Source: the human T2T-CHM13v2.0 reference genome, Homo sapiens. From it: a DNA stretch of 64,000 bases. The notes beneath the pieces were generated by a model. That model had not been told where the DNA came from. It ran no database searches and saw nothing but the letters and a program-made list of their open reading frames with translations. The position numbers and the translations under genes are program-made. Below are positions 43,371-58,710 of the stretch, one piece after another (position 1 is the stretch's first letter; the number at the start of each line of letters is the position of its first letter). The stretch is taken from the NCBI RefSeq assembly GCF_009914755.1, contig NC_060925.1; one strand, 5' to 3'.

Positions 43371-45418
43371 TGGGAGCCTCCCCAGATAATTCTAATCAAA
43401 TCAAATCAAGCAGGAAAATTTAAGAATCATAGGGTGAAAACATTGGAGCAGGCAAAGGAAGTTTCAATGGGAAGACCAAGAAGAACTGGGGTCCTCCCCA
43501 AGTGGTGGTCTTTATGAATCACTGTGTACTCCCTCATAAATTCTTATTTCACTAATATCCACTTTCCTCCCCTGGGTTTGTTGCATTCTCCTTAGATTTC
43601 TTTCTTCATATAGCCCTTTCCGAGTCTGACTCCTGTTCCCTGAATTTGCATTCCTAAATGCAGATGTAGAAATGGATCCAGTCTATAGGAAGCATTTATT
43701 GTGCATCTACCATATTTGGGACACAGTGCTTAGTGTTGAAGGCCAGAGAGAGATGAGACAAGATGGTGACTTGAAGGATGTCAGCCTCACTGGGAAGATA
43801 CTGACACGTGGAAAGATAGGCACATTATATTATTAGGTATTAATCACATACTATGTGCTGGGCATTCTGCTTGGTGTTTTATAAACTTTCTGATTTAATT
43901 CTTCCAACTGTGCTGCCAGATGGGTGCTATTTTTCCTCTTTTATAGTTGCTGCTACTGAGGGTCTGTCAAATCAAGTGACTTGCCCAAGTTCACTTCATA
44001 TCCAATTCTGGACAAAAATGAGCTCAAGGTTTTGGTGCTGAAATGAGGTCTTGCTTTTCACATGCAGCCCTGTTCCACTGAGCTTTCTGTAGAGCATACT
44101 CATGGGTGCTGCTGCGATGGGGCAGAGCTCATCCATTTTCCTGGACCCAGAACAATTTTTGGAGGCAGCTGTTAGTGGACTAGTCTGTGGCTTTGGAAGG
44201 GGTATTTCAGGGGTTTTAAATGATGATTCTTGAGGTTTTAAAACATCCTTAGCAGCTCTATGGAGAGTGGTGGAGGGGGCAATAATAGGCCTGGAGAGAA
44301 TGTCTAGGAAGCTCATCCTGTACTGCAGGCACGAGGTGGTAGTGGTCGGAGCTAGGGATATTAGACAACAACTTCCTTTGTGTTTCCAGGCTTTTGTTAA
44401 TATTTATCCACTGTATATCTGTTATTTCTGTCTTCTATACCCTTCCTTGCCCACCCTGAGTAGCTTTCCCTGGCTGGTGAGATCCTTAAAGAAGCACTGT
44501 ATCTGACTTGCTTTTGAATTTCCAGAGCTTAGCACAGTGCCTGACACCTTATAGGTGTGCCATTGGTCTTGAATGAATGAATCAATGCATGAAGTTGATG
44601 ACAGTCTGGGTACACTGCTTCACTCTTCACCACATTTACTGGGGTGCCTTGGCCAGGAGTGGGATCTCCAACATGGCTCTTACCCACTGTAGTGATTTTG
44701 CTTCCCCTGACCAGCCGAACTGTCATCTGAGTCATGTTGGTTATATTTCACAAAACAATTTTATGTAGAGAATCTGATGTTTAATGACTTTCCCCTCCCA
44801 GCCATTCCCTTGACAGGATGGTAAAGAGGTTTATGGTGTGGGTCTCATTTTTCTTTTACTAAAGTTGAACTAGCTTGTGGCCTGAAGCTGGCTTTGTAGT
44901 TGTAGGCATAGGATGCATACAACAACTCCACGCTCATCTTGTGAGGGTTAGCTCAGCAAATACTAGTTTCTCACCCTCGTCCAACTGTACCTGTGTGCTT
45001 CCTTGTATTGCCACAGCACCATTTGACTTATAGTAGTGTTATTTGTGTACCTAGCATAGGGCCCCAAAAGGTGGTTGAACTTTTGTATTTTCTGCAGCAG
45101 ACAGAGGGCCTGATATATAGTAGCCACTCAGTAAAGACACACAGGGTTGGATGAATTCAGCAAGAGTTTGGTGTGTTAGAGTGAGGCTGACATCCCTTGA
45201 ATGCTATGGATGTCCAGTAGCTCGTGACAGTGATGCCCCTTAGTGAGTCTTTATTTCCTCTTTCCAACAGTAGCTTTAAGTTGTTTTCTGTTAAAAATAT
45301 GTCTGAAGCATACACTTGAGGCTGCTGACTCACCTCTTCTAGGGCAGTCTGAATGCATTGGATGTGCCATGTGGGAGGGAGGCAGCCACCTCCCCATTCT
45401 CATTTACACTTTTTTCAC

Positions 45419-46043
45419 TTTACACTAATTTGTCTACTCTTTATTCAGCATGGAAGCTGGGGTCTGAGAGACTGGAATGTGGCCTGGGAGAGTTCAGGAC
45501 AAGCTGCAATGCCAATCCCATCCTTTGTTGGATCCATGGACTTGAACTAGTCAACTTTCATCTCTTTGTACTTCAGTCCCCCTCATCTGTAAAATAACAG
45601 AGCTGATTTAGAACCTAAATCTCAGAGGTGATCTCTGAGGTCTCTTCCAACTCCAGCACTCCATGATTCTATATTTGATTCTTCCCATGTATTCTGCAGA
45701 CCATCCCCCTTTACCCAGTGAAGTCACATCCCAATTACTTAATGCCCATGTACTGGTTGACAGATCAATTAAAGCAAACAGCCAGAACACAGCCAGACTG
45801 CACAGCATTCCACATGCTCCTGGACTGTGTAAAGTGCCCTCTCTCTTTGAGGCGTGGGAGGAGAAAACTTGTGATCTCTGTCTTCCCTTAGTTGTTCATC
45901 AATATGTTGTTCAAATGTAACTACACATAAGCAGGATTTATCCATTATTTGTCTTATGTTCTCAAATATTTATACCTTTTGCTGCTCTGTGAAAAAAAAT
46001 CCTTTAAAGTCTAGTCATTAATTTTACCCTATTGCAGCCAAAA
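45419..46043 (+). repeat. Inverted duplication, left arm (includes a MIR fragment ~45530-45670)
   Basis: Reverse-complement match to 49561-50186 by manual alignment. Confidence 0.95.
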
Positions 46044-46294
46044 GAGAAGTATTTTGAAAAGCATCAGAACTCTATAGGGTCAAATTCTGCGGAAAGGCAA
46101 AGGATAAAAAAGATTTAGTTATGATCTTGGATTTCTGTAGAAATTCAAGCAGGAAGAGGCCTATATGTGCTTGAGAGCCCCAGGGGTTGTCCCAGAAGCC
46201 AGGGTCTTGGGCTTAAAAGCCGGCATTGTTGCTGACTGTTTGAGGGCTAACACTTAACCTTGCTGCCTCAGAAACCTAATTTCATGTAACAGTA

Positions 46295-46460
46295 CTTTGC
46301 AACCCTGCTGCACCATAGGATCACCTGAGGAACTTATAAAACATGGATACCCACTGCCCCTAGGGATTCTTATTTCATATGTTCAGGCTGGGTTCCTATC
46401 ATCATTGTAATTTTAAAAGCTCCCAGGTGATTTTGCCATGTGCAGCCATAAGAACTGCTG
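46295..46460. mobile_element. MER5-like fragment
   Basis: ggatcacctgaggaacttataaa…ttttaaaagctcccaggtgatt. Confidence 0.6.
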
Positions 46461-46929
46461 ATGTGTACACAGAATAAGGACATTTGTGAGCAGAACTGGG
46501 TTGTTCAGATTATCGAGCCTGATTTATGAGGCCAGAATTTCTTTTTATGGATTGACAATGAGGAACCTAATTGAAAAGAGTTACTGGATATACTTGGGGA
46601 TACAAAACCAGCACTTATCTCCCTGCAGGTAGGAGGGTGGTGGTGAGGAGGGGGACAGATCTCCATCAGAAGGGTATTTGGGAATGTTTAATGGCAGCAG
46701 GCCAAGACGGTTTGAGGTGTGCCCCCAAACAATGGTGATGATTTCCTCTTTGAGGCCAGATTACTCAGTCTGTAGGTCAAAGGCCTCCTCATACTACTAA
46801 GCATTTGGCTGGACACTGCTAGCTGTGTGTCCAGACTGTGTGTGTGTGTCCAGGGCTGAGCAGCACCTCCTTCCCCTTCCTGTGGTAACGTCTTTATGAA
46901 TTATGAATTTATGAATACATACAATCTGG

Positions 46930-49550
46930 AGACCGATACCTCTTTTGGTATCAGGGATTTTCTCTCCCTCTCGCCATTCTCCTTCCCCTTCATCTCTCTT
47001 CCACTCCTTGTGTATTTTGTGTCTCAGACCTGGAATCAATCATTTCTCCAGGAAGACCTGGTATCTTTTAATGCAAAATTGTATTTCAAGACCATTATCT
47101 TGGCACCAGGGATGCTAATTTTTATTGAGTTGGCCATTGTCTGTAGGTCTTTTTTGGTGAACAGAGCTGGGAAACTACACATAAGGAAAGAGCAAGGATG
47201 AATGTGATAGATGTAAACATACTTGTGTGTTCATACTGATATTTCCAATATCTTAACTACTTCTGTATTTCATCTGATCTTTTGTCCACACTGAGAATTC
47301 TGGTTTTCAAATACATAGGGAATAACAGAATCCAATATTCCATAATTACTCACTTGCTTTATCCTACACTACACAATTAGGAATCTCAGAATAGTAGTAC
47401 AAACACCAGCACCAATTATGATTACTGAAAACAGTCCAAAACCTTTTAAAAAATATGTCATCTGTATCCTTCACCATCTTTTAAAATGGTTATACTGTAT
47501 TATTGTGATACTCTGAGTAATGGTCCCTCAAAAAGTATTCATGTCTTAATCTCTGGAATCTGTGAACGTTACTTTACATGACAAAGACTTTGTATATGTG
47601 ATTAAGTTTAGGATCTTGAGATGGTGAGATTATCCTGGATTATCTGGGTGGGCTTTAAATATAGTCACAGTTGTCCTTACAAGAGGGAGGGAGGGGGAGA
47701 TTACACACAGAAGAGGAAAAGACAGTGTAACCACAGAGGCAGATATTGGAGTGATGTGGCCACAGCCAAGGAAGGCTGGCAGCCTCCAGCAGCTGGAAGA
47801 GGCAAGGAATAGTTTCTCCTCTAGAGCCTCTGGAGGCCGTGCAGCCTGCCAACACCTTGATTTAGGCCCAGTGAAACTGACTTCGGACTTCTGTTCACCA
47901 GAGTTATAAAAAATAAATTTCTGTTGTCTTAAGCCTGTAGCTTTGTCATAGTTTGTTATAGCAGCCCTAGTTAACTAATACAATCATATAGTCATTACAC
48001 ATTATAATATTTCCTTTTTAACCCTCATTTAGTTTTTAGTTCTTCAATAATTACATATTTAATACTTACTACCAAAACTTACATTCTTGTTTCTAGTCAC
48101 TTTGATTATCCAAAGTTCTTCTCTAGTATCCTTAGGAAAAGCTTATGGAAACAATATTCCCTGATTTTTTTTTTTCTGAATGTTGATAACATTTTATCTA
48201 TGCTCTTTGTATGCGAAAGGTCAAAACTGCTGAATATTAAATCTGTGGTTGACATTTTTTAAAAAATCTTAAGTGTTATTCCATCTACTTCTGGCATAAA
48301 GCTTGTTGTAAATCTGATCTAATTTTTCTTTTCCTTATAATTTGTATACAGTTAAAATTAGATGCTGCCTAAATTATCTTTTGTAAAAAAAAAAAAAAGT
48401 CTGAGAATTTTACTAGAGTATATGTTGATATTATTCTGAGTCAGTATTCTCAGGTAAACAATATGTTCTTTCAATATCAGGTTTCAAATAGTTTTTTTCC
48501 AGGAAAGTTTTCACAGACTACTGTTTTTAGAATTATATTCCTTGCTTTGGTTTTGTTCTTCCGGAACCACTCTTATCCATATGTTGGTTCTTGTTTGCCT
48601 ATCTTCGATGTTTGTCACTTTCAAATCCCTTTGATCTCTTTCCTATTATTTCTTTTTAATTAAAAAATTTCCCTAAGTTTCAGGCAGTTTTTAGGTTTAT
48701 TTTTTCTTATATTTCTTCTAGTTTAGTTTTTATCTCTAAAATAGTTTTCTTTTTTTACTTTGCTTTCTTGAGTTTTGTCACTTTATTTCTGAATTTTTCT
48801 AATTCTAATTTATGTTGTTCTTTCATGCCTTGCATAATTTAAAGTATTTTTAGCTTATTTAAAAATATGTCTTTTTGGCATGCTTTCACTATCACATATT
48901 TCTAAGGATGTTATTTTGTTCCTTATTCTCTCTTTTTTTATAGAAATGTTTATGGATTTGACCTTGTTACTTTTCTGTTGTTAATTTTTATGTAAACTTA
49001 GTTTTCCTGAATTTTAAAAAGGAGGGTTGGTTTGGTAGTATTTCTAACTGCACAGAGCTTGTTTTCATGGAGATTTAAAAAATGTGGTAGTTCTGTTTCC
49101 ATCTCTCTCTTTTACCTGAGCCTTCTCTTTTCTTTGTCTCTGTTGCCTGTCCTGCTTCATTTTGATTCTGTTCCCAGCAGTTTCTCTTGGTGTGGAGTCC
49201 TGTCCTGGGCAATCAGTTTTGAGAGTTCCTAGTGGCTTGAGTGCTCCAGCCCTTCGAACCTCCTGTGGGTCCCCTGTTGTTCCAGGTTCAGCGGCAGTTC
49301 TCCAGTTTACCCTATTGGCTCTTTTGGGTTCAGGTTCATCATATGCCCCATTGCTTCCCTTTGATTGTTCCCACATAGACATCAATATCATACTGGCTAT
49401 TGGTGATTTGTCTCCGATAACTTGTCACCAAATTTTGTTGAGTGTCATCCATGAGTTTTTAAATTTGCTACTTAGTTGCTCTGTTTATTTTTTGTAGAGA
49501 CTGTGGAAGACTCAATAAATATATTGCCACCATTTTCCCAGAATTGGGAT
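46930..49550 (-). mobile_element. Old L1M/HAL1-like fragments interrupted by MLT1
   Basis: T-rich; 'cctggaatcaatcatttctccagg…tatttcaagacc' and ORF1-antisense-like 48100-48900. Confidence 0.55.
47504..47982 (+). mobile_element. MLT1 (C/D-like) solo LTR
   Basis: TG…CA ends; 'gatcttgagatggtgagattatcctggattatctgg', 'cagcagctggaagaggcaaggaa', 'gttatagcagccctag'. 5-bp TSD-like attat/atcat. Confidence 0.9.
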
Positions 49551-49560
49551 ATTGCTTTTA

Positions 49561-50186
49561 ATTTTCACTACAGTGTGGCAAGTTGCTGACTGAGATTTTA
49601 AGTTATTTTTCCCCCATGGAGCAGCAAAACATATAAAGATTTGAGAACATAGGATAAGGAATGAATAAATCCTGCTTATGTGTAATTACATTTGAGCAAC
49701 ATGTTGATGAACAGCTAAGGGAAGACAGAGATCACAAGTTTCCTCCTCCCACTCCTCAAAGAGAGAGGGCACTTTACACAGCCCAGGAGCATGTGGAGTG
49801 CTGTGCAGTCTTGCTGTGTTCTGGCTGTTTGCTCTAATTGATCTGTCAACCAGTACGTGGGCATTAAGTAATTGGGATGTGACTTCACTGGGGCAAGGTG
49901 GGGTGGTCTGCAGAATATACAGGAAGAATCAAATATAGAATCACGGAGTGCTGGAGTTGGAAGGGACCTCAGAGATCACCTCTGAGATTAGGTCCTAAAT
50001 CAGCTCTGTTATTTTGCAGATGAGGGGGACTGAAGTACAAAGAGATGAAAGTGACTAGTTCAAGGCTGTGGATCCAACAAAGGATGGGATTGGCATTGCA
50101 GCTTGTCCTGAACTCTCCCAGGCCACATTCCAGTCTCTCAAACCCCAGCTTCCCTGTTGAGTAATGAGTAAACAGACTATTGTAAA
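49561..50186 (-). repeat. Inverted duplication, right arm
   Basis: Reverse-complement match to 45419-46043. Confidence 0.95.
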
Positions 50187-51547
50187 ACGAAGAGGACTTT
50201 TATAGAGTAAATTGAAGGGTATTCATTCATTCTTTTGTTTTAGGAAGTTTAGTGTTTCAGCTAGTGGATTTTCTTAAGATACAGGCATGCAGAATTTGGT
50301 GTTTGTGTGGAATAATTGAGGGAGAGAACAGAGGAGGATTTCATCAGCACTATCACAGCTCTCCTGTGGCAGAATCAAGAGCACAACCAGAAGGCCTGGC
50401 TTCGTCAGTCCTGTTGAACTTTTCATGCCACCAAGTGGTAAATCTGGTGATTGTTGACATTTCCAAGAAAAGTGTTTCTCTGAAGGCTCCATGCTATTCA
50501 CTGAATAAGAGTTTATGACTGACTTAATGAATTGACATTTTATTTATCTCAGTGCTTATTCTCTCTCAGTGGTCTTTTTGTTTCTTTGGGCAAGAAGATA
50601 GTAATTCAAATTTGCATACCCTTGCCTGGTACATGATTTATGCTCAATGTATATGCAGTGAATGAATCTGTTTGGAGAAATGGGACTAACATGTGAAAAG
50701 ATGAACAAACTCACCTACTGTGTGTTGTTGAGTACTAAATTATATGCCACAGATCCTGAGAAGAAGATGCAGTATGGGGAGGCTTCCTGATGAAATGGTA
50801 AGGAGGATTTACTCCTCCTGCATTCACCAGGCCAAGCCCTTATTCTTCTTTAGTACCATAAATGAGGGGATACGAGAAAAATGGCTCCTTTAAGCGGCAA
50901 GTGTTTGGCTGCTTCTTTTATTCTCATCTTGTACCTCCTTTACTCCTATCCTCTATTTTCTTTTGCAGTTTATCTAACACTTTAATTACTGTTTTGATCT
51001 TCAAATCCTTTGTTTGAGATAGTTTTTATTATTTCCATTTACAGGTAGGGAAGTTAAGTCTTAGTGGCTAAATGTTGTAACATCCCTTAGGTAGTGAAAG
51101 GCAGTTCCCAGTAGACCTAGGCCTCTAGAACCCCTGGAATATTGCATGCTGCCTCTCAGTGCTGGTTCTGATAAAAATATCTCCCCTATCTGAGCAGGGG
51201 ATAAGTAGGAATGTGTTAAAATAAGAAGAGGATTATGAAAGAGAATTTTATTCATGCAATCAGTATTTACTGAGTACTATGGCAAGCCAGGCACTGTGCT
51301 AGATGTTAGGGACATAAACTTGAACAAGACAGTGTTGGCTGCAAGGGTCATGTGATGTAGATATGGTGTTGCACAAGCTTGGTATACCCTGTGGACTTTT
51401 TAGAATTATTTTGGTAACAGGTGTGAATAGAGTGCTTTTCATATTCAGGCAGTATTTCTGGTGGCGAGGACATTAGGTAGGTATGTGTTAGATATTTTGT
51501 CTCTCTCTCAGGCTACATACAGTTTAGTGGAAGAGATACTATGGCGC

Positions 51548-51865
<318 letters not shown>

Positions 51866-53141
51866 TAAGCAACAGTACAAAGCAGTTAGTCAATGTGAAC
51901 AGGGCCCACAATACAATTTTCCGTCCTCTAGGACTTATGTTTCTAATGATTTTGACCAAGAAGATGGATTCTAATGTTCCTTCTGGCAGCCTAGTTGTTC
52001 TGTGACTTATTAAGACCTCAATAGGCGTAAGTGCTTGTCTGTAACTTTCCTAGCCTTTCTTGAAAGCCAGATTTATCAGTGTGCATATTGTGTGATAGAC
52101 TCGCACCAATGGCAGATGTGTGGTTGGACTCTCAGCTGATGGGTAGGAGTGAGTTGTTACCCTCTTGGGAGGAGGAGGGGGCTTTTACACACTCTTGCCT
52201 CACTCTGAAAGTGAACTTTGTTGTGTGCTGGAGTGGTCTTCATGGCATCATAAACACAGGTTGGTTCTCTTCCCTATGCTCTTCATTCCATTTACTTTCA
52301 TCTTTCATCAAGACAGCAGATGGACTGGTAGGGAGAGTGATATTTGCTTGTTTTTCAGACTCTGGTCTGATTGAAATGTTGGTGGTGTGTGCTGAGTCAG
52401 ACTCAGTAAACTCCTGCTTGATTTATTCTTCCCCTGGAGCCCACAAAACCCGTAAAACAGAATTAGAGAACCAGCCCCTAATCATGCTTGTTAGGGCTAA
52501 CCATAAACACAGTCATGTTGATGGATGGATGGTTTAATAAACATCTGCTGAGTGTCTGAGCTGAGTTCTGCAGGCATGCCCTGGGCCTGTCCTGAACCTG
52601 GCTGGGAAGTGGACACTTGGCAGATTCTGGGACATTTTAGGGACCATCACCTTTCTTTTGACTTTACACTTGTTGAAGCTCTGTCTTGAGTAAGTTTGGT
52701 GATTCAGACAAGATCTCTCAGCTAGTTTAGGATTGAGCAGAGAGGATGCAAGTGTTGACTTCTGTCCTGTTAATGGTCCTTCCAAACCATGGTCCAGTTG
52801 TTGAAGAGTGGGTGAGGGTGGAAACCAGGTATCGCTGTCCATTCCAGCTCTAATTCCAGCACCAGGCAGCCACATGTCATCTTCTACTCCTTACAGTGCT
52901 GCTGGGAACATGTTCCAGTTGCTAGAAAGAGGGATGGGGTGTAACGGGTGGAGCAGCTGGCTTTAAGTCCACTCACACTCCACTATGGGTTCTGCAGGGA
53001 TTTTGTGTCATGAATGTGAGTCTGACCTAAATGTCTTTTTTCATAGCCCAGTGTGGGCAATTGGCAACAGTTATAGGAGCTGTGGCATCATATCTTCTAC
53101 AAATTTCTTAGTGGGGATTGATCAGTGACTTACAGATGGAG

Positions 53142-53487
53142 TGCTATGGTCTGAATGTTTGTGTCCTCCCCGAATTTTTGTGTTGAGGCCCTAATGCCCA
53201 GTGTGATGCTATTTGGAGGTGGGGCCTTTGGGAGGCAACTAGGTCATGATAGCGTGGTCCTCATGAGTGGGATCAGTGCCCTTATAAGGTGAGACAGAGA
53301 GATGATCTCTCTTGCTGCCCTGTGAGGATATAGCAGGAAGGTCTGTCTGCAAACCAGGAAGAAACTAAATCACCTGGCACCTTGATCTCAGACTTCTCAG
53401 TCTTCAGAACTGGGAGGAATAAACTTCTATTGTCTAACCCACCAAGTCTATGGTATTATTTTTGTTATAGCAACCCCAACTAAGGCA
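53142..53487 (+). mobile_element. MLT1A-like solo LTR
   Basis: 'tgctatggtctgaatgtttgtgtcctcccc…ggaggtggggcctttgggagg…gttatagcaacccc'. Confidence 0.9.
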
Positions 53488-54404
53488 CTGGGTGTGTGTA
53501 TACTCTGTGGCATTAGAATATGAAGTTGGGAGACAAGGAAAGAATGTAGTAATTGATAGAGCTAATTCAGAATGTTAAATTGTCTTTTCTACTACCTGTG
53601 TATTAAGTTCTGTAGGGACCATTTTAGACTGCCAACACGCCTGTATGTGGGGTTCCCTCATCCGGTGAGTGGGGTTACTTGTGTCACAGAAGATGGAGTT
53701 TGGTGTCTGGAGACCTACGTTTTAGTACTAGCCTTGATACCAACTGGCTGTAAGATACTGAGCAAGTCACTTAATCTTTGTCAGCTTCAGTTTTTTAACT
53801 GATAGAATGAAGTAAAGCTGTTCTTTGCATGATTATTGTGGAGATTAAATAACGTGAATAAACTGTAAAGCACCCTTCAAAGACTACTTATCATGTGGAA
53901 TTTACTGGATAGTCTTCAAATCCAATGTAGACAGTTTCTCTGAGCTTGCTTTTGCTCTCCTCCAGTCTCCTGTCTTCTAATTCATCCTGTTTAATCCTTG
54001 TTGGTGAGTATAAGTTAATATTCTTAATTTTGTTACTGTTAGGTTATTTTTATTCTTTTCAATTTTCTACCACTAGCATTTAAGGAGACTTGCAGTAAAT
54101 GCTTTTCAAATTTCAATATTCAACAAATATTAATCAAGCATCTCCTAAGTATAGGCTCTGCAGTGAAGATAGGATGGTAAATGGAACATTAATGGTTCTT
54201 TCCTCTGCAGTGTCTTCTACAGGAGGGCATCTGCTTCTGTTCAGAGAGCTCCAATGATGGGGAAGTCTTCACTTTCCATGTCAGCGTATTTATTTAGAGG
54301 TAGCTCTAATTGTTAGGTGACTTTGCCCTCATATCAAACCAGTGTCTTCCAGTGTAACTTTACCAGTTGAACCACCATCAGGCCTCTTGACATGAATTTG
54401 ATTT

Positions 54405-56470
<2,066 letters not shown>

Positions 56471-57178
56471 TACAATTAACGGTGTCGTTTTTTTTTTTCT
56501 CCAACTTTTATTTTAAATTCAGGGGTACATGTGCCAGATGTCCAGGGTTTGTTACATAGGTAAATGTGTACCATGGTGGTTTGCTGTACAGATCATCCCA
56601 TCACCTAGGTATTAAGCCTAGCATCCACAAGCTATTCTTCCTGATGCTCTTTCTCCCCCCAACTCCTGATAGACCCCTAGTGTGTGTTTTTCCCCACCTT
56701 GTGTCCATGTGTTCTCATCTTTCAGCTCTCACTTATAAGTGCGAATATGTGGTGTTTGGTTTTCTGCTCCTGTGTTAGTTTGCTGAGGATAATGGCTTCA
56801 AACTCCATTCATGTCCCTGCAAAGGACATGATCTCATTCCTTTTTATGGCTGCATAGTATCCCATGGTGTATCTGTACCACATTTTCTTTATCCAGTGTA
56901 TCACTGATGGGCATTTAGGTTGATTCCATGTCTTTGCTACTGTGAATAGTGCTGCAGTGAACATATGTGTGTATGTATCCTTATAATAGAATGATTTATA
57001 TCTCTTTGGGTTTATACCCAGTAATGGGATTGCTGGGTTGAATGGTATTTCTGCCTCTAGGTCTTTGAGGAACTGCCACACTGCCTTCCACAATGGCTGA
57101 ACTAATTTATACTCTCACTAACAGTGTAAACGCATTCCTTTTTCCCCATAACCTTGCCAGTGTCTGTTACTTTTTGAC

Positions 57179-57478
<300 letters not shown>

Positions 57479-57620
57479 TACTTTTGGACTTTTTAATAAT
57501 GGCCATTCTGACTGGTGTGAGATGGTATCTCATTGTGGTTTTGATTTGTATTTTTCCAATGATCAGTGATGTTGAGCTTTTTTATTTTCATATGATTATT
57601 GGCTGCATGTATGTTTTCTT

Positions 57621-58710
57621 TTTTTTAAATTTTATTATTATCATACTTTAAGTTTTAGGGTACATGTGCACAACGTGCAGGTTTGTTACATATCTATACA
57701 TGTGCCATGTTGGTGTGCTGCACCCATTAACTCATCATTTAGCATTAGGTATATCTCCTAATGCTATCCCTCCCCACTCCCCCGACCCCACAACAGTCCC
57801 CGATGTGTGATGTGCCCCTTCCTGTGTCCATGTGTTCTCATTCTTCAATTCCCACCTATGAGTGAGAACATGCAGTGTTTGGTTTTTTGTCCTTGCGATA
57901 GTTTGCTGAGAATGATGGTTTCCAGCTTCATCCATGTCCCTACAAAGGACATGAACTCATCATTTTTTATGGCTGCATAGTATTCCATGGTGTATATGTG
58001 CCACATTTTCTTAATCCAGTCTATCATTGTTGGACATTTGGGTTGGTTCCAAGTCTTTGCTATTGTGAATAGTGCCGCAATAAGCATACGTGTGCATGTG
58101 TCTTTATAGCAGCATGATTTATAATCCTTTGGGTATATACCCAGTAATGGGATGGCTGGGTCAAATGGTATTTCTAGTTCCAGATCCCTGAGGAATCACC
58201 ACACTGACTTCCACAATGGTTGAACTAGTTTACAGTCCCACCAACAGTGTAAAAGTGTTCCTATTTCTCCACATCCTCTCCAGCACCTGTTGTTTCCTGA
58301 CTTTTTAATGATTGCCATTCTAACTGGTGTGAGATGGTATCTCATTGTGGTTTCGATTTGCATTTCTCTGATGGCCAGTGATGATGAGCATTTTTTCATG
58401 CGTTTTTTGGCTGCATAAATGTCTTCTTTTGAGAAGTGTCTGTTCATATCCCTCACCCACTTTTTGATGGGGTTGTTTGTTTTTTTCTTGTAAATTTGTT
58501 TGAGTTCATTGTAGATTCTGGATATTAGCCCTTTGTCAGATGAGTAGGTTGCAAAAATTTTCTCCCATTCTGTAGGCTGCCTGTTCACTCTGATGGTATT
58601 TTCTTTTGCTGTGCAGAAGCTCTTTAGTTTAATTAGATCCCATTTGTCAATTTTGGCTTTTGTTGCCATTGCTTTTGGTGTTTTAGACATGAAGTCCTTG
58701 CCCATGCCTA
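57621..58710 (-). mobile_element. Younger L1PA (PA3/4-like) 5'-truncated insertion nested in the older L1
   Basis: Second L1 3'UTR/ORF2 end; TSD tggctgcatgtatgttttctt at 57600 and 58711. Confidence 0.93.
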
